From: Gammaproteobacteria bacterium
Lineage (GTDB): Bacteria; Pseudomonadota; Gammaproteobacteria; GCA-001735895
NCBI GenBank assembly: GCA_050298595.1
Contig: JBNKUM010000008.1
Span: forward strand, 64,001 to 128,000
Direction of reading: 5' to 3'
Length of the DNA stretch: 64,000 nucleotides
Position 1 is the first letter of the stretch, and each line of letters begins with the position of its first letter. Of the stretch, positions 20,523 through 30,237 are shown in pieces. The position numbers and the translations under genes were made by a program. The notes under the pieces were generated by a model, which saw only the letters and a list, made by a program, of their open reading frames with translations, made no database searches and was not told the DNA's origin.

Positions 20523-22492
20523 CAGGCCACACTCCCCATCGCTTTCACTGAAGCTTCTGACTCACGTCTTACCATCATTCTGTAGCGTTTATCTGTTCCA
20601 GCCAGTAACCCACCAAAGGCCATAATTAACCCACCCAGCCAAATCCAGCGAATAAATGGCTTGAAGTAAATCCTGATCGCCCAGCTGCCATCATTGCCCA
20701 CTTCCTCACCCAATGCGACAAACAGATCGCGGGTAAAGCCAGCATCAATGGCTGCTTCAGTCATCGGCATCTGTCTTACCATGTAAATACGTTTCTCAGG
20801 CGTAAGCTGGGCTGAAAACCCGGAACTATCAGTTACGCTAAAATCACCGCGTGCAGCACGATAGTTATCCACATTAACCATCTTCACGCCATTAAACACA
20901 AAGGTATATCCCGCCATTTCGAAACTGTCACCGGGACTCATGCGCAAATCCTTTTCAATTTCATACAGACTGACCAGAGTAATTCCAACGATAAAAACAG
21001 CAATACCAATGTGGCCTAATATCATGCCGTAAAATCCCCGGGGTGTAGAACGTAAACCGGATGCTAATGAGCGCCCCTTAAAACGCTCAGACAGGGCCAG
21101 AACAACGGTTGAAGCAACCCACAGCGCCATCATCAGTCCTGCTAATGCCTGCCATTTCCAGACTGGCAAAAATAAACTCAGGATCATAGCGGCTACTACA
21201 GAAATCAATAGTGGGAGTTTTAGTATGTTCCACAAGCGAGGTAATTCATCGTACTTCCAACGGATAAACATACCAATACCAATCAACACCCCAATGGGAG
21301 CCGTCAGCATCAGGAACACCAGATTAAAGTAAGGAGGACCTACCGAAATCTTGCCACCCATAGCATCAACAAATATGGGATAAACCGTACCCAGCAGAAT
21401 TGCTGCTGCCGCAACACTGAGAAAAATATTGTTCAGTAGCAACACCATATCGCGTGATTGCAGATTGGTGACCGCAGCACTCTTAAGAGTGGGAGCGCGC
21501 CAGGCGTAGAGCGCCAGTGAGGTACCGACAATCACGCCCAGAAATAAAAGTATAAAAATACCCCGCTCAGGATCGCTGGCAAACGCATGTACCGAGGTTA
21601 ATACACCGGAACGAACAAGAAAGGTGCCTAGCAAACTCAATGAAAAAGCAAAAATAGCCAGCAACGCTGTCCAGGCCTTAAAGGTGCCTCGTTTCTCGGT
21701 AATTGCCAGTGAATGCATTAAGGCCGTCCCTACCAACCAGGGCATGAATGAAGCGTTTTCAACTGGATCCCAGAACCACCAGCCGCCCCAGCCCAGTTCA
21801 TAATAGGCCCACCAGCTACCCAGTGCGATACCCAGTGTCAGGAACAGCCAGGCAAAATTTGTCCAGGGACGTGACCAACGCGCCCAGGCGGAATCCACCT
21901 GACCTGAAAGTAAAGCTGCTATCGCAAATGCAAATGCTACTGAAAAGCCGACATACCCCAGATAAAGCATAGGAGGGTGTATCGCCAGACCAGGATCCTG
22001 TAGCAATGGGTTTAAGTCTCGACCCTCCACAGCTGCGGGTAATAAGCGCTCGAACGGATTAGAAGTGATCAGAATAAATAGCGTAAATCCCACACTGACA
22101 ACCCCCATCACACCAATAACACGAGCCAGCATGACCTTGGGAACACTACGGCTAAACGTTGCTACCGCAACCGTCCATACAGAAAGAATTAGAGCCCACA
22201 GCAATAAGGAACCTTCATGCGCTCCCCAGACACCGGAGATTAAATACAAAAAAGGTAGATGGGAGTTAGAGTTAGCAGCTGCATAAAGTACTGAATAATC
22301 ATGGTTGATAAAAACCATGGTAAGACAAATGTAGGAAATCAGCACCAGCAAAAACTGGCCATAAGCAGCAGGTTTTGCAATGGCTATCCAGCGCGAATAA
22401 CCTAATTGAGCACCTGCGATGGGGAACACTGCCTGGATGATAGCAATACAAAGGGCAAGAATCAGTGCAAAATGACCTATCTCTGGAATCAT
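20522..22492 (-). CDS. ccmF: cytochrome c heme lyase
   Basis: HPPMLYLGY, WAYYELGWGGWWFWDPVEN. Confidence 0.98.
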   Translation of the reverse strand: MIPEIGHFALILALCIAIIQAVFPIAGAQLGYSRWIAIAKPAAYGQFLLVLISYICLTMVFINHDYSVLYAAANSNSHLPFLYLISGVWGAHEGSLLLWALILSVWTVAVATFSRSVPKVMLARVIGVMGVVSVGFTLFILITSNPFERLLPAAVEGRDLNPLLQDPGLAIHPPMLYLGYVGFSVAFAFAIAALLSGQVDSAWARWSRPWTNFAWLFLTLGIALGSWWAYYELGWGGWWFWDPVENASFMPWLVGTALMHSLAITEKRGTFKAWTALLAIFAFSLSLLGTFLVRSGVLTSVHAFASDPERGIFILLFLGVIVGTSLALYAWRAPTLKSAAVTNLQSRDMVLLLNNIFLSVAAAAILLGTVYPIFVDAMGGKISVGPPYFNLVFLMLTAPIGVLIGIGMFIRWKYDELPRLWNILKLPLLISVVAAMILSLFLPVWKWQALAGLMMALWVASTVVLALSERFKGRSLASGLRSTPRGFYGMILGHIGIAVFIVGITLVSLYEIEKDLRMSPGDSFEMAGYTFVFNGVKMVNVDNYRAARGDFSVTDSSGFSAQLTPEKRIYMVRQMPMTEAAIDAGFTRDLFVALGEEVGNDGSWAIRIYFKPFIRWIWLGGLIMAFGGLLAGTDKRYRMMVRRESEASVKAMGSVA

Positions 22493-22516
22493 AGTGATCT
22501 CTCTCGGGGTAAAGGT

Positions 22517-22975
22517 TTAGATGCCTTGTTTTTTCATACCGGGCATGACCTGCCCAGATTTTTTCATTGCTTCCATGACTTCTGGAGGCATATAGTTTTC
22601 ATCGTGTTTTGCAAGCACTTCTGATGCAATAAACTCACCACTATCGTTTAAACGACCATTTGCGATTATGCCCTGACCTTCACGGAACAGGTCTGGCAGG
22701 ATACCGGTGTATTTAACCTTTACTACAGAGTTATTATCTGTGAGATCAAATTCTACGGTTAAGCCTTCACCGGGCCGGGCTACACTGCCATCAACCACCA
22801 ATCCACCAACACGAAAATCTTTGTTAACGGGCGCTTTACCGGCCAGGATATCGGCAGGAGAAAAGAAGAACATAATATTTTCATTCAATGACTTAAGTGC
22901 AAAGCTCACACCAACCGCCACACCGACGATCATCAGTACAATCAGAGTGAGTCTTTTTTTACGAGCTGGGGTCAT
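22517..22975 (-). CDS. ccmE: heme chaperone
   Basis: LPDLFREGQG, LAKHDENYMP. Confidence 0.98.
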   Translation of the reverse strand: MTPARKKRLTLIVLMIVGVAVGVSFALKSLNENIMFFFSPADILAGKAPVNKDFRVGGLVVDGSVARPGEGLTVEFDLTDNNSVVKVKYTGILPDLFREGQGIIANGRLNDSGEFIASEVLAKHDENYMPPEVMEAMKKSGQVMPGMKKQGI

Positions 22976-23153
22976 GAGTTTTATTTTCCTGTGTTTTATT
23001 TGAACGATACTGACGTTTAAGTTTCTTCAAATTTTGTTTATGTTGCTGACGTGGCAACCACCAGTTAACAACCAGCACCACCAATGTCAACGCATACGAC
23101 GACCATACGAAAGTCGCATAACCCCCCATTCTAAAGAATTCAGACAACATCAT
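22959..23153 (-). CDS. ccmD: heme exporter protein D
   Basis: FFRMGGYATFVWSSY then a basic tail; lies between ccmC and ccmE. Confidence 0.9.
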   Translation of the reverse strand: MMLSEFFRMGGYATFVWSSYALTLVVLVVNWWLPRQQHKQNLKKLKRQYRSNKTQENKTHDPSS

Positions 23154-23895
23154 TTTGCACCAGTTCCTCAACCCATCGACTATTTCGCTCACGATGTAGC
23201 AATTCAGCGCGAACCCTCTGAAACAGGGATAGAATAAAATACACTTTGAATGCCAACGCCATGACCAATAAGGGCCATAACATACTCAAGGGCATGGACG
23301 GTTTTTCGAATTTGGTTATGGTTGCTCCCTGATGCAGGCTATTCCACCACTCAACCGAGTAATGAATAATCGGGATATTGACTACACCGACAATAGCCAG
23401 GATAGCAACAGCCCTGCCTGCCACGCGTTTATCATCAATAGCACCGTATAAACCTATCACGCCGAGATACAGGAATAACAGGATCAATTCTGAGGTTAAT
23501 CGTGCATCCCACACCCAGTAAGTGCCCCACATGGGTTTACCCCACAAAGAACCGGTAACCAGTGCCAGGAAGGTAAAGCTAGCCCCTATCGGAGCCGCAC
23601 TCATTAACACCACTTCAGCCAGCTTCATACGCCATACCAGCACCACAATACCGCAGAAAGCCATTACCATATAAATAAACAGTGACATCCATGATGCGGG
23701 CACATGAACAAAGATAATTCTATAGCTTTCACCCTGCTGATAATCTGTCGGAGCGACAACCAGTCCTCCGTACAGGCCTGCTATAACCAGTATTGCAAAT
23801 ATGCCCGTCAACCATGGCATCCACAGCCCGGCAATTCGATAAAAGTGCGGAGGCGACCCGAATAGATGAAACCATTTTACAAACCATTTAAACAT
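23140..23895 (-). CDS. ccmC: heme exporter protein C
   Basis: WGKPMWGTYWVWDARLTS, WWNSLHQ. Confidence 0.98.
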   Translation of the reverse strand: MFKWFVKWFHLFGSPPHFYRIAGLWMPWLTGIFAILVIAGLYGGLVVAPTDYQQGESYRIIFVHVPASWMSLFIYMVMAFCGIVVLVWRMKLAEVVLMSAAPIGASFTFLALVTGSLWGKPMWGTYWVWDARLTSELILLFLYLGVIGLYGAIDDKRVAGRAVAILAIVGVVNIPIIHYSVEWWNSLHQGATITKFEKPSMPLSMLWPLLVMALAFKVYFILSLFQRVRAELLHRERNSRWVEELVQNDVV

Positions 23896-23910
23896 CAGAC
23901 TTTCTCACTT

Positions 23911-24594
23911 TTAACTCATACTCATTTTTAGCGCTGCTGCGGTCGCAATGGGTGATAGCGAAAGAGACAGAAACAGAAACGCCAGTAACATGGATATCTG
24001 TGCGTTGGCTGACAGACCGCTGGAAGCAACGTCGATCGCACTGGATGCAAAGATTAAAACCGGCACATACAACGGTAAAACCAGTAACGAGAGAATTATA
24101 CCACCCTTACGCAGACCGATGGTAAGCGCAACACCTATCGATCCTATCAAGCTAAGCACAGGTGTACCTATCAAAATAGTTAACATAAGTATACCATAAG
24201 CTGATTCATCTAGTCCGAGCATCATTGCCAGCAGCGGTGCCACCATCAATAACGGCAAGCCTGTCACCAGCCAGTGGGCAGTAACCTTTGCCAATACCAG
24301 AATCGGCACAGGATGAGCACTCAATAGCATTTGCTCCAGTGTGCCATCCTCAAAATCAGATCGGAATATATGATCTAGCGACAGCATAGACGCCAGTAAT
24401 GCGGCCACCCAGATAATGCCTGGAGCAATGCGCGCCAGAAGGTTGGGCTCGGCACCTACCGCTAGAGGAAATAGAGTGATCACCAGTACAAAAAATAACA
24501 AGGGGTTAGCCAGTTCTGATCGGTTGCGAAACGCCAGTAAAAGATCTCTACGTAGCAGATACCAGAAAGCCTGTGACAGGGATAAACGTTTCAT
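23911..24594 (-). CDS. ccmB: heme exporter protein B
   Basis: FRSDFEDGTLEQ, LPLYVPVLIF. Confidence 0.97.
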   Translation of the reverse strand: MKRLSLSQAFWYLLRRDLLLAFRNRSELANPLLFFVLVITLFPLAVGAEPNLLARIAPGIIWVAALLASMLSLDHIFRSDFEDGTLEQMLLSAHPVPILVLAKVTAHWLVTGLPLLMVAPLLAMMLGLDESAYGILMLTILIGTPVLSLIGSIGVALTIGLRKGGIILSLLVLPLYVPVLIFASSAIDVASSGLSANAQISMLLAFLFLSLSLSPIATAAALKMSMS

Positions 24595-25211
24595 AACGAT
24601 AGATTCAGCCTCACCACATCAGAATCTGGCATCTCAATATCATGGTGAGAGGTCATTACAATGGCTCCGCCTTGATCCAGATGTTGTTCAAACATACGCT
24701 GAAATAGCGCCATACTCGCCTTATCCAGTGAGGTAAAAGGCTCGTCCATAATCCACAACAATGCCTCGGTAACAATCAGGCGTGCCATAGCCAGCCGTCG
24801 TTTCTGCCCTGCAGATAAGGTTGCCACATAGTTTTCACCATATCGGTACAGGTTCACCTGCTCCAGAGCGTCATCTAGCTGAATATTACTCGGCTTGCCC
24901 ATCGCCTGAATCAGACGCAGATTCTCCAGACAGGTAAGATCACGTTTAATTCCATCGTGATGCCCAACATAGTTCACCTGCTCATAATACTCTGGTCCAA
25001 TCTCCCGGATGGGATTACCCTGCCATAGCACTTCACCTGATTCAGGTAAACTCAGTCCGGTTAAAATGCGCAACAGACTGGTTTTTCCACTACCATTCTT
25101 ACCTTCGACCAGCAATATCTGGCCAGCATCAAGAGATATATTCAAACCCTCAAACAGGCTACGATCATCTTTTACGCAGCTTAATTCCTGAGTTTGTAAT
25201 AGGATTGACAT
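24591..25211 (-). CDS. ccmA: heme exporter ATP-binding protein
   Basis: GKNGSGKT, LSAGQKRR, DEPF. Confidence 0.97.
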   Translation of the reverse strand: MSILLQTQELSCVKDDRSLFEGLNISLDAGQILLVEGKNGSGKTSLLRILTGLSLPESGEVLWQGNPIREIGPEYYEQVNYVGHHDGIKRDLTCLENLRLIQAMGKPSNIQLDDALEQVNLYRYGENYVATLSAGQKRRLAMARLIVTEALLWIMDEPFTSLDKASMALFQRMFEQHLDQGGAIVMTSHHDIEMPDSDVVRLNLSL

Positions 25212-25314
25212 GTTTTTTATAATTCTATCTCTTCAAAAAGACTGTGAAGGCTAGCTAAAAATGACCGAATGTGCAATCTGACTTGCAAAAACGATAACAA
25301 ATTATGACCTTAGC

Positions 25315-26283
25315 ATGGATATCAAAAACCCAATGATCGCATCAGGCAATTTTAAGCCCGCATGGTATCTGCGTAACCCACATTTACAAACCATCCTGGC
25401 CAATATCAACAAACCCCCAATCCCCACAGTGAGTTACGAAACCGTACAACTGGATGATGGTGATAGTTTACAGTTAGCTCGCGGTACAGCTAATGGTCCC
25501 AACACCGTTTTGATACTACACGGTTTAGAAGGCTCACTGAATTCAGCTTATGCGCGGCGTTTAGTAGACTATTTAAATAAACGAAACATTCCTGTTGTAT
25601 TTATGTTTTTTCGTAGCTGTAACGGAAAACCTAATCTGAAAACTCGAAGTTATCATTCGGGTGAAACTGGAGACCTGCGCAGTGTTATATCATATTTAAA
25701 GCGACAGGGAAGCAAACGTATTTCGCTTATAGGCTATTCACTGGGCGGGAACGTAACCCTTAAATATATGGGCGAAGGTCAGGTTGATGACAGTATTAGC
25801 TGTGCCACTGGTGTCTCAGTACCTATGCTACTAGATGTATGCGCACGCCGTATGGATCAGGGGTTTTCTAGACTTTATCAGCATACATTACTCAAACGCC
25901 TGTTAAATAAGGTCGAGCAGAAACGTCATCTATTTCAGGATGAAGGTTACAACCTAAGCCGAAAACCAAACAATTTTGTTGAATTTGATGACACCTTTAC
26001 CGCACCACTTCATGGCTTTGACAGTGCACAGGATTACTACCAGAAAAGCAGCTCACGCCAGTTTTTAGGCTCCATAAAAAAGCCTACGCTCATTCTGCAT
26101 GCGCAGGATGACCCTTTCATGACAGCAGAGGTTATTCCCAAATCCAGTGAACTCTCTGAGCATGTCAGGCTGGAAATCTCCCCTCATGGTGGGCATGTCG
26201 GCTTTGTTACCAGGGGTTTACTAAAACCGGAAAACTGGCTGGAACCACGAATCTATGAATGGCTGGAACAACACTTCCTGTAG
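25315..26283 (+). CDS. YheT-family alpha/beta hydrolase
   Basis: NPHLQT, HGLEGS, GYSLGG, DDPF, GGHVGF. Confidence 0.9.
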   Translation: MDIKNPMIASGNFKPAWYLRNPHLQTILANINKPPIPTVSYETVQLDDGDSLQLARGTANGPNTVLILHGLEGSLNSAYARRLVDYLNKRNIPVVFMFFRSCNGKPNLKTRSYHSGETGDLRSVISYLKRQGSKRISLIGYSLGGNVTLKYMGEGQVDDSISCATGVSVPMLLDVCARRMDQGFSRLYQHTLLKRLLNKVEQKRHLFQDEGYNLSRKPNNFVEFDDTFTAPLHGFDSAQDYYQKSSSRQFLGSIKKPTLILHAQDDPFMTAEVIPKSSELSEHVRLEISPHGGHVGFVTRGLLKPENWLEPRIYEWLEQHFL

Positions 26284-26286
26284 ATT

Positions 26287-26315
26287 AAAAAGCCGGTTAT
26301 ATAAATAACCGGCTT
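26287..26315 (-). terminator. intrinsic terminator for the lipoprotein operon
   Basis: aagccggttat-ataa-ataaccggctt hairpin with T-run on the minus strand, between convergent genes. Confidence 0.65.
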
Positions 26316-26349
26316 AACTTCGGGAGTTACCCCGTATGCAACTACTGGC

Positions 26350-27291
26350 TTACTGAGAAAGTTTAACCAGATCGTTTTGCTTGAACTTACTACCAGAGAT
26401 GATTGAGGCAACCGAACCATCTTTACCGAAAAATGCAGTAATCTTGAGTTGACCACGAGTCTGCCCTGGTGCACGACCTAATGAAACACCTGTTTGCGGG
26501 TCGATAATTTCTTCACCTAACTCCTGTACCACCAGAATATCACCTATATTCAGCCCTGTACGTTGCCCCGCATTGATATAAACATTTGAGCCCTTGATAG
26601 AAGCGATTCTTCCCGTCCAGCGATCACTAGTCAACTGTTGGGTAATCTTATTCATCGCCTTACCCAGCGCATCACGTAGTGCACCATCCTTAAGTGAGGT
26701 ATCACGTGAACTTTTGGAACCAAAGCCAAGGATTCCACCGCTTTCTTTACGGAATTCACCATTGCCATGCGATGCGAACAACTGCTGTCCTGTCGAAGTA
26801 TCTACGATCCGATAATCCACTCCCACCTTGGCCACCTGCGTTTTGGATTGCGTCAGGAAGGTATTCGAGCCCTCAACCAGTTCGGCATAACTGGTGATCG
26901 AGCCAGTTAGTATTGCATTCAGACCAAGAATCTTACCCATCTGTGCAGCTGTATTGGCACTCACCGCACCAGAAGCACCAAACTTTTGCTGATCTAGAAT
27001 GGCTTTCATATCCTGCTGTGGAATCACAATAAAGCTGCCTGTTTCCTGCAACATAGTGGTCAGAATATTGGTAGCTGCTTTTTCAATATCACGCACTTTA
27101 CGAGGAGTATCATTTTGGAAATTCACTACGCCAACACGTAGCTTTGGCCCTTTGTGCTCCATCCTGGAGGTTTCAACCAGGTTCACTGGCACATTATCAT
27201 CTCTGTGCACGCTTTTGGTTTGCGGGGTACATCCAGCCATAAATACCGCTGCAGCTAGCGTGGGTATCGTTAGAATTTTCGCATATCTCAT
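26350..27291 (-). CDS. CsgG/HfaB-family lipoprotein with FlgT-C-like C-terminal domain
   Basis: MAGC lipobox; VGVVNF...AAQMGKILG..AILTGSIT...RIVDTSTG; C-terminal VYINAG..TGL..GD...IIDPQTG..LG. Confidence 0.8.
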   Translation of the reverse strand: MRYAKILTIPTLAAAVFMAGCTPQTKSVHRDDNVPVNLVETSRMEHKGPKLRVGVVNFQNDTPRKVRDIEKAATNILTTMLQETGSFIVIPQQDMKAILDQQKFGASGAVSANTAAQMGKILGLNAILTGSITSYAELVEGSNTFLTQSKTQVAKVGVDYRIVDTSTGQQLFASHGNGEFRKESGGILGFGSKSSRDTSLKDGALRDALGKAMNKITQQLTSDRWTGRIASIKGSNVYINAGQRTGLNIGDILVVQELGEEIIDPQTGVSLGRAPGQTRGQLKITAFFGKDGSVASIISGSKFKQNDLVKLSQ

Positions 27292-27308
27292 AGTTTAAGC
27301 TCCTGTTT

Positions 27309-28019
27309 TTAGATTCCGGGTCCATTACGAAGGGAAGCAACGGAACGGTTTATCATAGCAAGTGTTTCAGTGTTTAATTCAACGCCAAATGCATTACCCA
27401 CAGCCTTCCGAACCAGTCCGCCTACCAAGCCGTCTAACAGAGTACCTTTTTTCTGTTCAGATTGAACTGTGATCCATTGAATTTGTTCATCGCCACTATC
27501 GGCGATTGCATGGCCTAAGGACATCAGACTACCCAGTTCTCCAGTTGAGAATTCACTCTTGGCACCGAAGTGTGTATACCATAATTCAGTTTGTGTCCCC
27601 ACCTGTATCATACGTAGTTTAGCACTAACCCGATTGGTATTGAGAACACCGGAGATGGTGGTATCAAAGTGTGTAATATCGCCAAACACAAAAGCATCTG
27701 CCTTTATCTGAGCAGCGATGTCCTTGAAATCAACATCCTGTAACTGTTCGCCTAAAGTAATACCTAATCCATCCTCTAACGCCTGATCAACTTCCTGGAG
27801 TGGAATTACCCTGTAAAATTTTGCGGTTAAACGCTGCTCCAGTACTTCACGTACCTTAGCAGGTGCATCCACATTATTGCTCATATTGGTAAAAGGTAAT
27901 ATCGCCACCGTTCGTACCGGATTCGATAAATCGGGTTGTGGAGCGGGTATACACCCGGCCAGTAAACCCATGAGCATTAAAAAGAGTGTGATATTTCCAG
28001 AGATTTTTCTAGTTTCCAT
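27309..28019 (-). CDS. GNA1162/DUF799-like lipoprotein (TolB-N/CsgG-like fold)
   Basis: LAGC lipobox; VAILPFTNMS, YRVIPLQEVD, ADAFVFGDIT. Confidence 0.7.
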   Translation of the reverse strand: METRKISGNITLFLMLMGLLAGCIPAPQPDLSNPVRTVAILPFTNMSNNVDAPAKVREVLEQRLTAKFYRVIPLQEVDQALEDGLGITLGEQLQDVDFKDIAAQIKADAFVFGDITHFDTTISGVLNTNRVSAKLRMIQVGTQTELWYTHFGAKSEFSTGELGSLMSLGHAIADSGDEQIQWITVQSEQKKGTLLDGLVGGLVRKAVGNAFGVELNTETLAMINRSVASLRNGPGI

Positions 28020-28123
28020 ATATGTTAATACCTGTTTATTTATAAAATTAGCGCTACAACTTTCACTCAGATTAGTCTGGTATGAAGAATCAGAATTAAA
28101 CTGATTTATTGCGTTCTATTGTG

Positions 28124-29497
28124 TTAATTTCTGCCCAAATTTGCTTCCAGCGTATCCAGTAACTCGTCTTCAACACTGCTAGCAAACAGATGAGCAGATT
28201 TTTCTGAAGCCATTGCTTCGCTTAGGCCACCCGCTTTAGTGGCTTCTTTTTCAATCTTAAGCGTTTTTAACACTCTGTTACTTTTTCCACTGATAATATT
28301 AATAACCCCATCAATACGGGTAAAATACAGTCCATTAATACCAGGAGACGGCACAACATTAGCTTTAACCTGAAGTATATAATCGACCTGAGTAGCACTG
28401 TTATTCCCACCTGTAATCACATTATAATTCTGCTCGCTTAATATATTCGCTAATCCGTTATCTACAATATCTCCAATTTGACCATAACCCCCATCTATAG
28501 AGGTTGATAGCTGGATAGTGACATTTGATTTTTGTGTTTGTATTACGATTAAATCCGTAGATGGCGATCGTCCTGCGAAAAGGTCTTCATACAAATCCAA
28601 CTGGACTTTTATTCTATTAAACTCTCGGCCCGAATAAGGAAATGACCTGACCTTAACATTAAGTCCACCCTCCTTATCTGTAGTATCACCTGCTTCGATA
28701 CTAAAGCCTTCTGCATCAGGAATAATCTGTACAGGTACCTGCTTTAAAGGTTTCCCCTGGTAGCTGAATGCAAGTTGATAGGGCTCTTCAACACCCAGCT
28801 CAGGTGATCCGGATTTCTCCGCATTAAACGCAAGTACCTGAACCCTACCGAGAATGGTCTTAAGTGAATAATCTATCTCCTTGACCAAATCTAATACATT
28901 CGATCTGGATAGAGAAGCCGTACTGGGATCAGCAAAAAGCTTATGCAATTCAAGGTCAGCCGTAACCTTCTCAAATAGATGAGTAAGCTGAGTTAGATGT
29001 TTTATCCCTTCTGACACCTGGCCTTTATTAACCAAATCCAGAGCTTCTTTATGTTGCGCACGTATCTGAGCCAAATCTTCTTCGATACCAAATAGAAGAT
29101 TGGTAGCTGTTTTAAGTTTGTTTAAAACGGCAAAGGCATAATGTGTATTGCTCGCAGACTGAAAATACTGATCAACAATTTTCACCCCTTTTATATCCTC
29201 AAGATTTACTGAAGTAGATATACGAATATTTACATTTTCCTGCTGACTACTGCTTTCCTGAGTAGAACGATATTCCTTAAAGATATCGCTCTCACTGGAT
29301 ATATTGACCTTAATCTGTTCTGCCAGTCTTGCATAGGCACTTTTCCTGGCATCCTCTAATGATTCACCATCACCTAGTGCAGTTAAATACTTGCTGTTAC
29401 GGTATTCATCGATAACACCTGTTGAAATCCAGGCAGGGTCAGCAGCCTGTATAACGCAGGGTAATAACCACAGTAAGCATACGAAAAGTTTATTCAT
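28124..29497 (-). CDS. secreted LPP20-domain protein with long C-terminal extension
   Basis: Sec signal (IQA|A); PAWI...YLTALG.G.S.EDARKSA.ARLAEQIKVNISS. Confidence 0.65.
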   Translation of the reverse strand: MNKLFVCLLWLLPCVIQAADPAWISTGVIDEYRNSKYLTALGDGESLEDARKSAYARLAEQIKVNISSESDIFKEYRSTQESSSQQENVNIRISTSVNLEDIKGVKIVDQYFQSASNTHYAFAVLNKLKTATNLLFGIEEDLAQIRAQHKEALDLVNKGQVSEGIKHLTQLTHLFEKVTADLELHKLFADPSTASLSRSNVLDLVKEIDYSLKTILGRVQVLAFNAEKSGSPELGVEEPYQLAFSYQGKPLKQVPVQIIPDAEGFSIEAGDTTDKEGGLNVKVRSFPYSGREFNRIKVQLDLYEDLFAGRSPSTDLIVIQTQKSNVTIQLSTSIDGGYGQIGDIVDNGLANILSEQNYNVITGGNNSATQVDYILQVKANVVPSPGINGLYFTRIDGVINIISGKSNRVLKTLKIEKEATKAGGLSEAMASEKSAHLFASSVEDELLDTLEANLGRN

Positions 29498-29507
29498 CGC
29501 TACTTCA

Positions 29508-30236
29508 TCACTCTAAAGTATTCTGGTTTAAAAATGCTTCAAATTCTTCAAATTGCTTGTTTGAATTTTTATCAAAAGGAAGTTTGACTACTTTCTTTCC
29601 ATCGAATTTAAGCGTAAATCCCTTATCAAGCTGTATCGATTTTTTATACTCCACGAATTCTTCTTCAAGCTCAGCTTTATAAGCATCATATTCAGATTGC
29701 ATCTGGCGTTTAAACTGTTCAAACTCATCCAACTCTCGAAGCTGGTACAACTTAAAATATTCGTCATCGTTGGATTCAAAAATTAATGCGCCCTCCTGTA
29801 GTGATACAGTATCCTGCTTCTGTTCATCGCCTGCAGAATCAACCACAAAAGTTGTCCCTCTTATACCAATAGTTGCAGTAGAGGTCTGCACACGAACTCG
29901 TTCTACGCGAGAGCGTTCACTAATAAAATAATAAATTTTTCCTAACAGTTGCTGAAAAAACCCGGGCTTAACCAGCTTTATAGAAGAATTCTGATCAGCA
30001 ACCAGAACATCACCCTGGCTAGTTTTAATTGCTATTTTCTGATTTTCACCCGTTCGAATTTCACTATTTTCAGTGATCTCAAAACCACCAGGAAAATCAG
30101 GCATATTCTGAGAACGGACTACAACTCCCAATGTTTCGGCATTTGGTTGTACAAAAGGTATTGATGCCAGAACACCCACTATAACCACTCGCAAGAGTAA
30201 GTAGGAAAAATCAATTTTAAGAGAATTTATATTCAT
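29508..30236 (-). CDS. FecR-domain protein
   Basis: Signal/TM segment; IRTG, VQTSTATIGIRGTTFVV, VSLQEG. Confidence 0.75.
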   Translation of the reverse strand: MNINSLKIDFSYLLLRVVIVGVLASIPFVQPNAETLGVVVRSQNMPDFPGGFEITENSEIRTGENQKIAIKTSQGDVLVADQNSSIKLVKPGFFQQLLGKIYYFISERSRVERVRVQTSTATIGIRGTTFVVDSAGDEQKQDTVSLQEGALIFESNDDEYFKLYQLRELDEFEQFKRQMQSEYDAYKAELEEEFVEYKKSIQLDKGFTLKFDGKKVVKLPFDKNSNKQFEEFEAFLNQNTLE

Positions 30237-30237
30237 A

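Noticed and set aside
26350-27291. Curli biogenesis locus
   Set aside because: No csgA/B/E/F or curlin repeats; the protein has an extra FlgT-C-like domain
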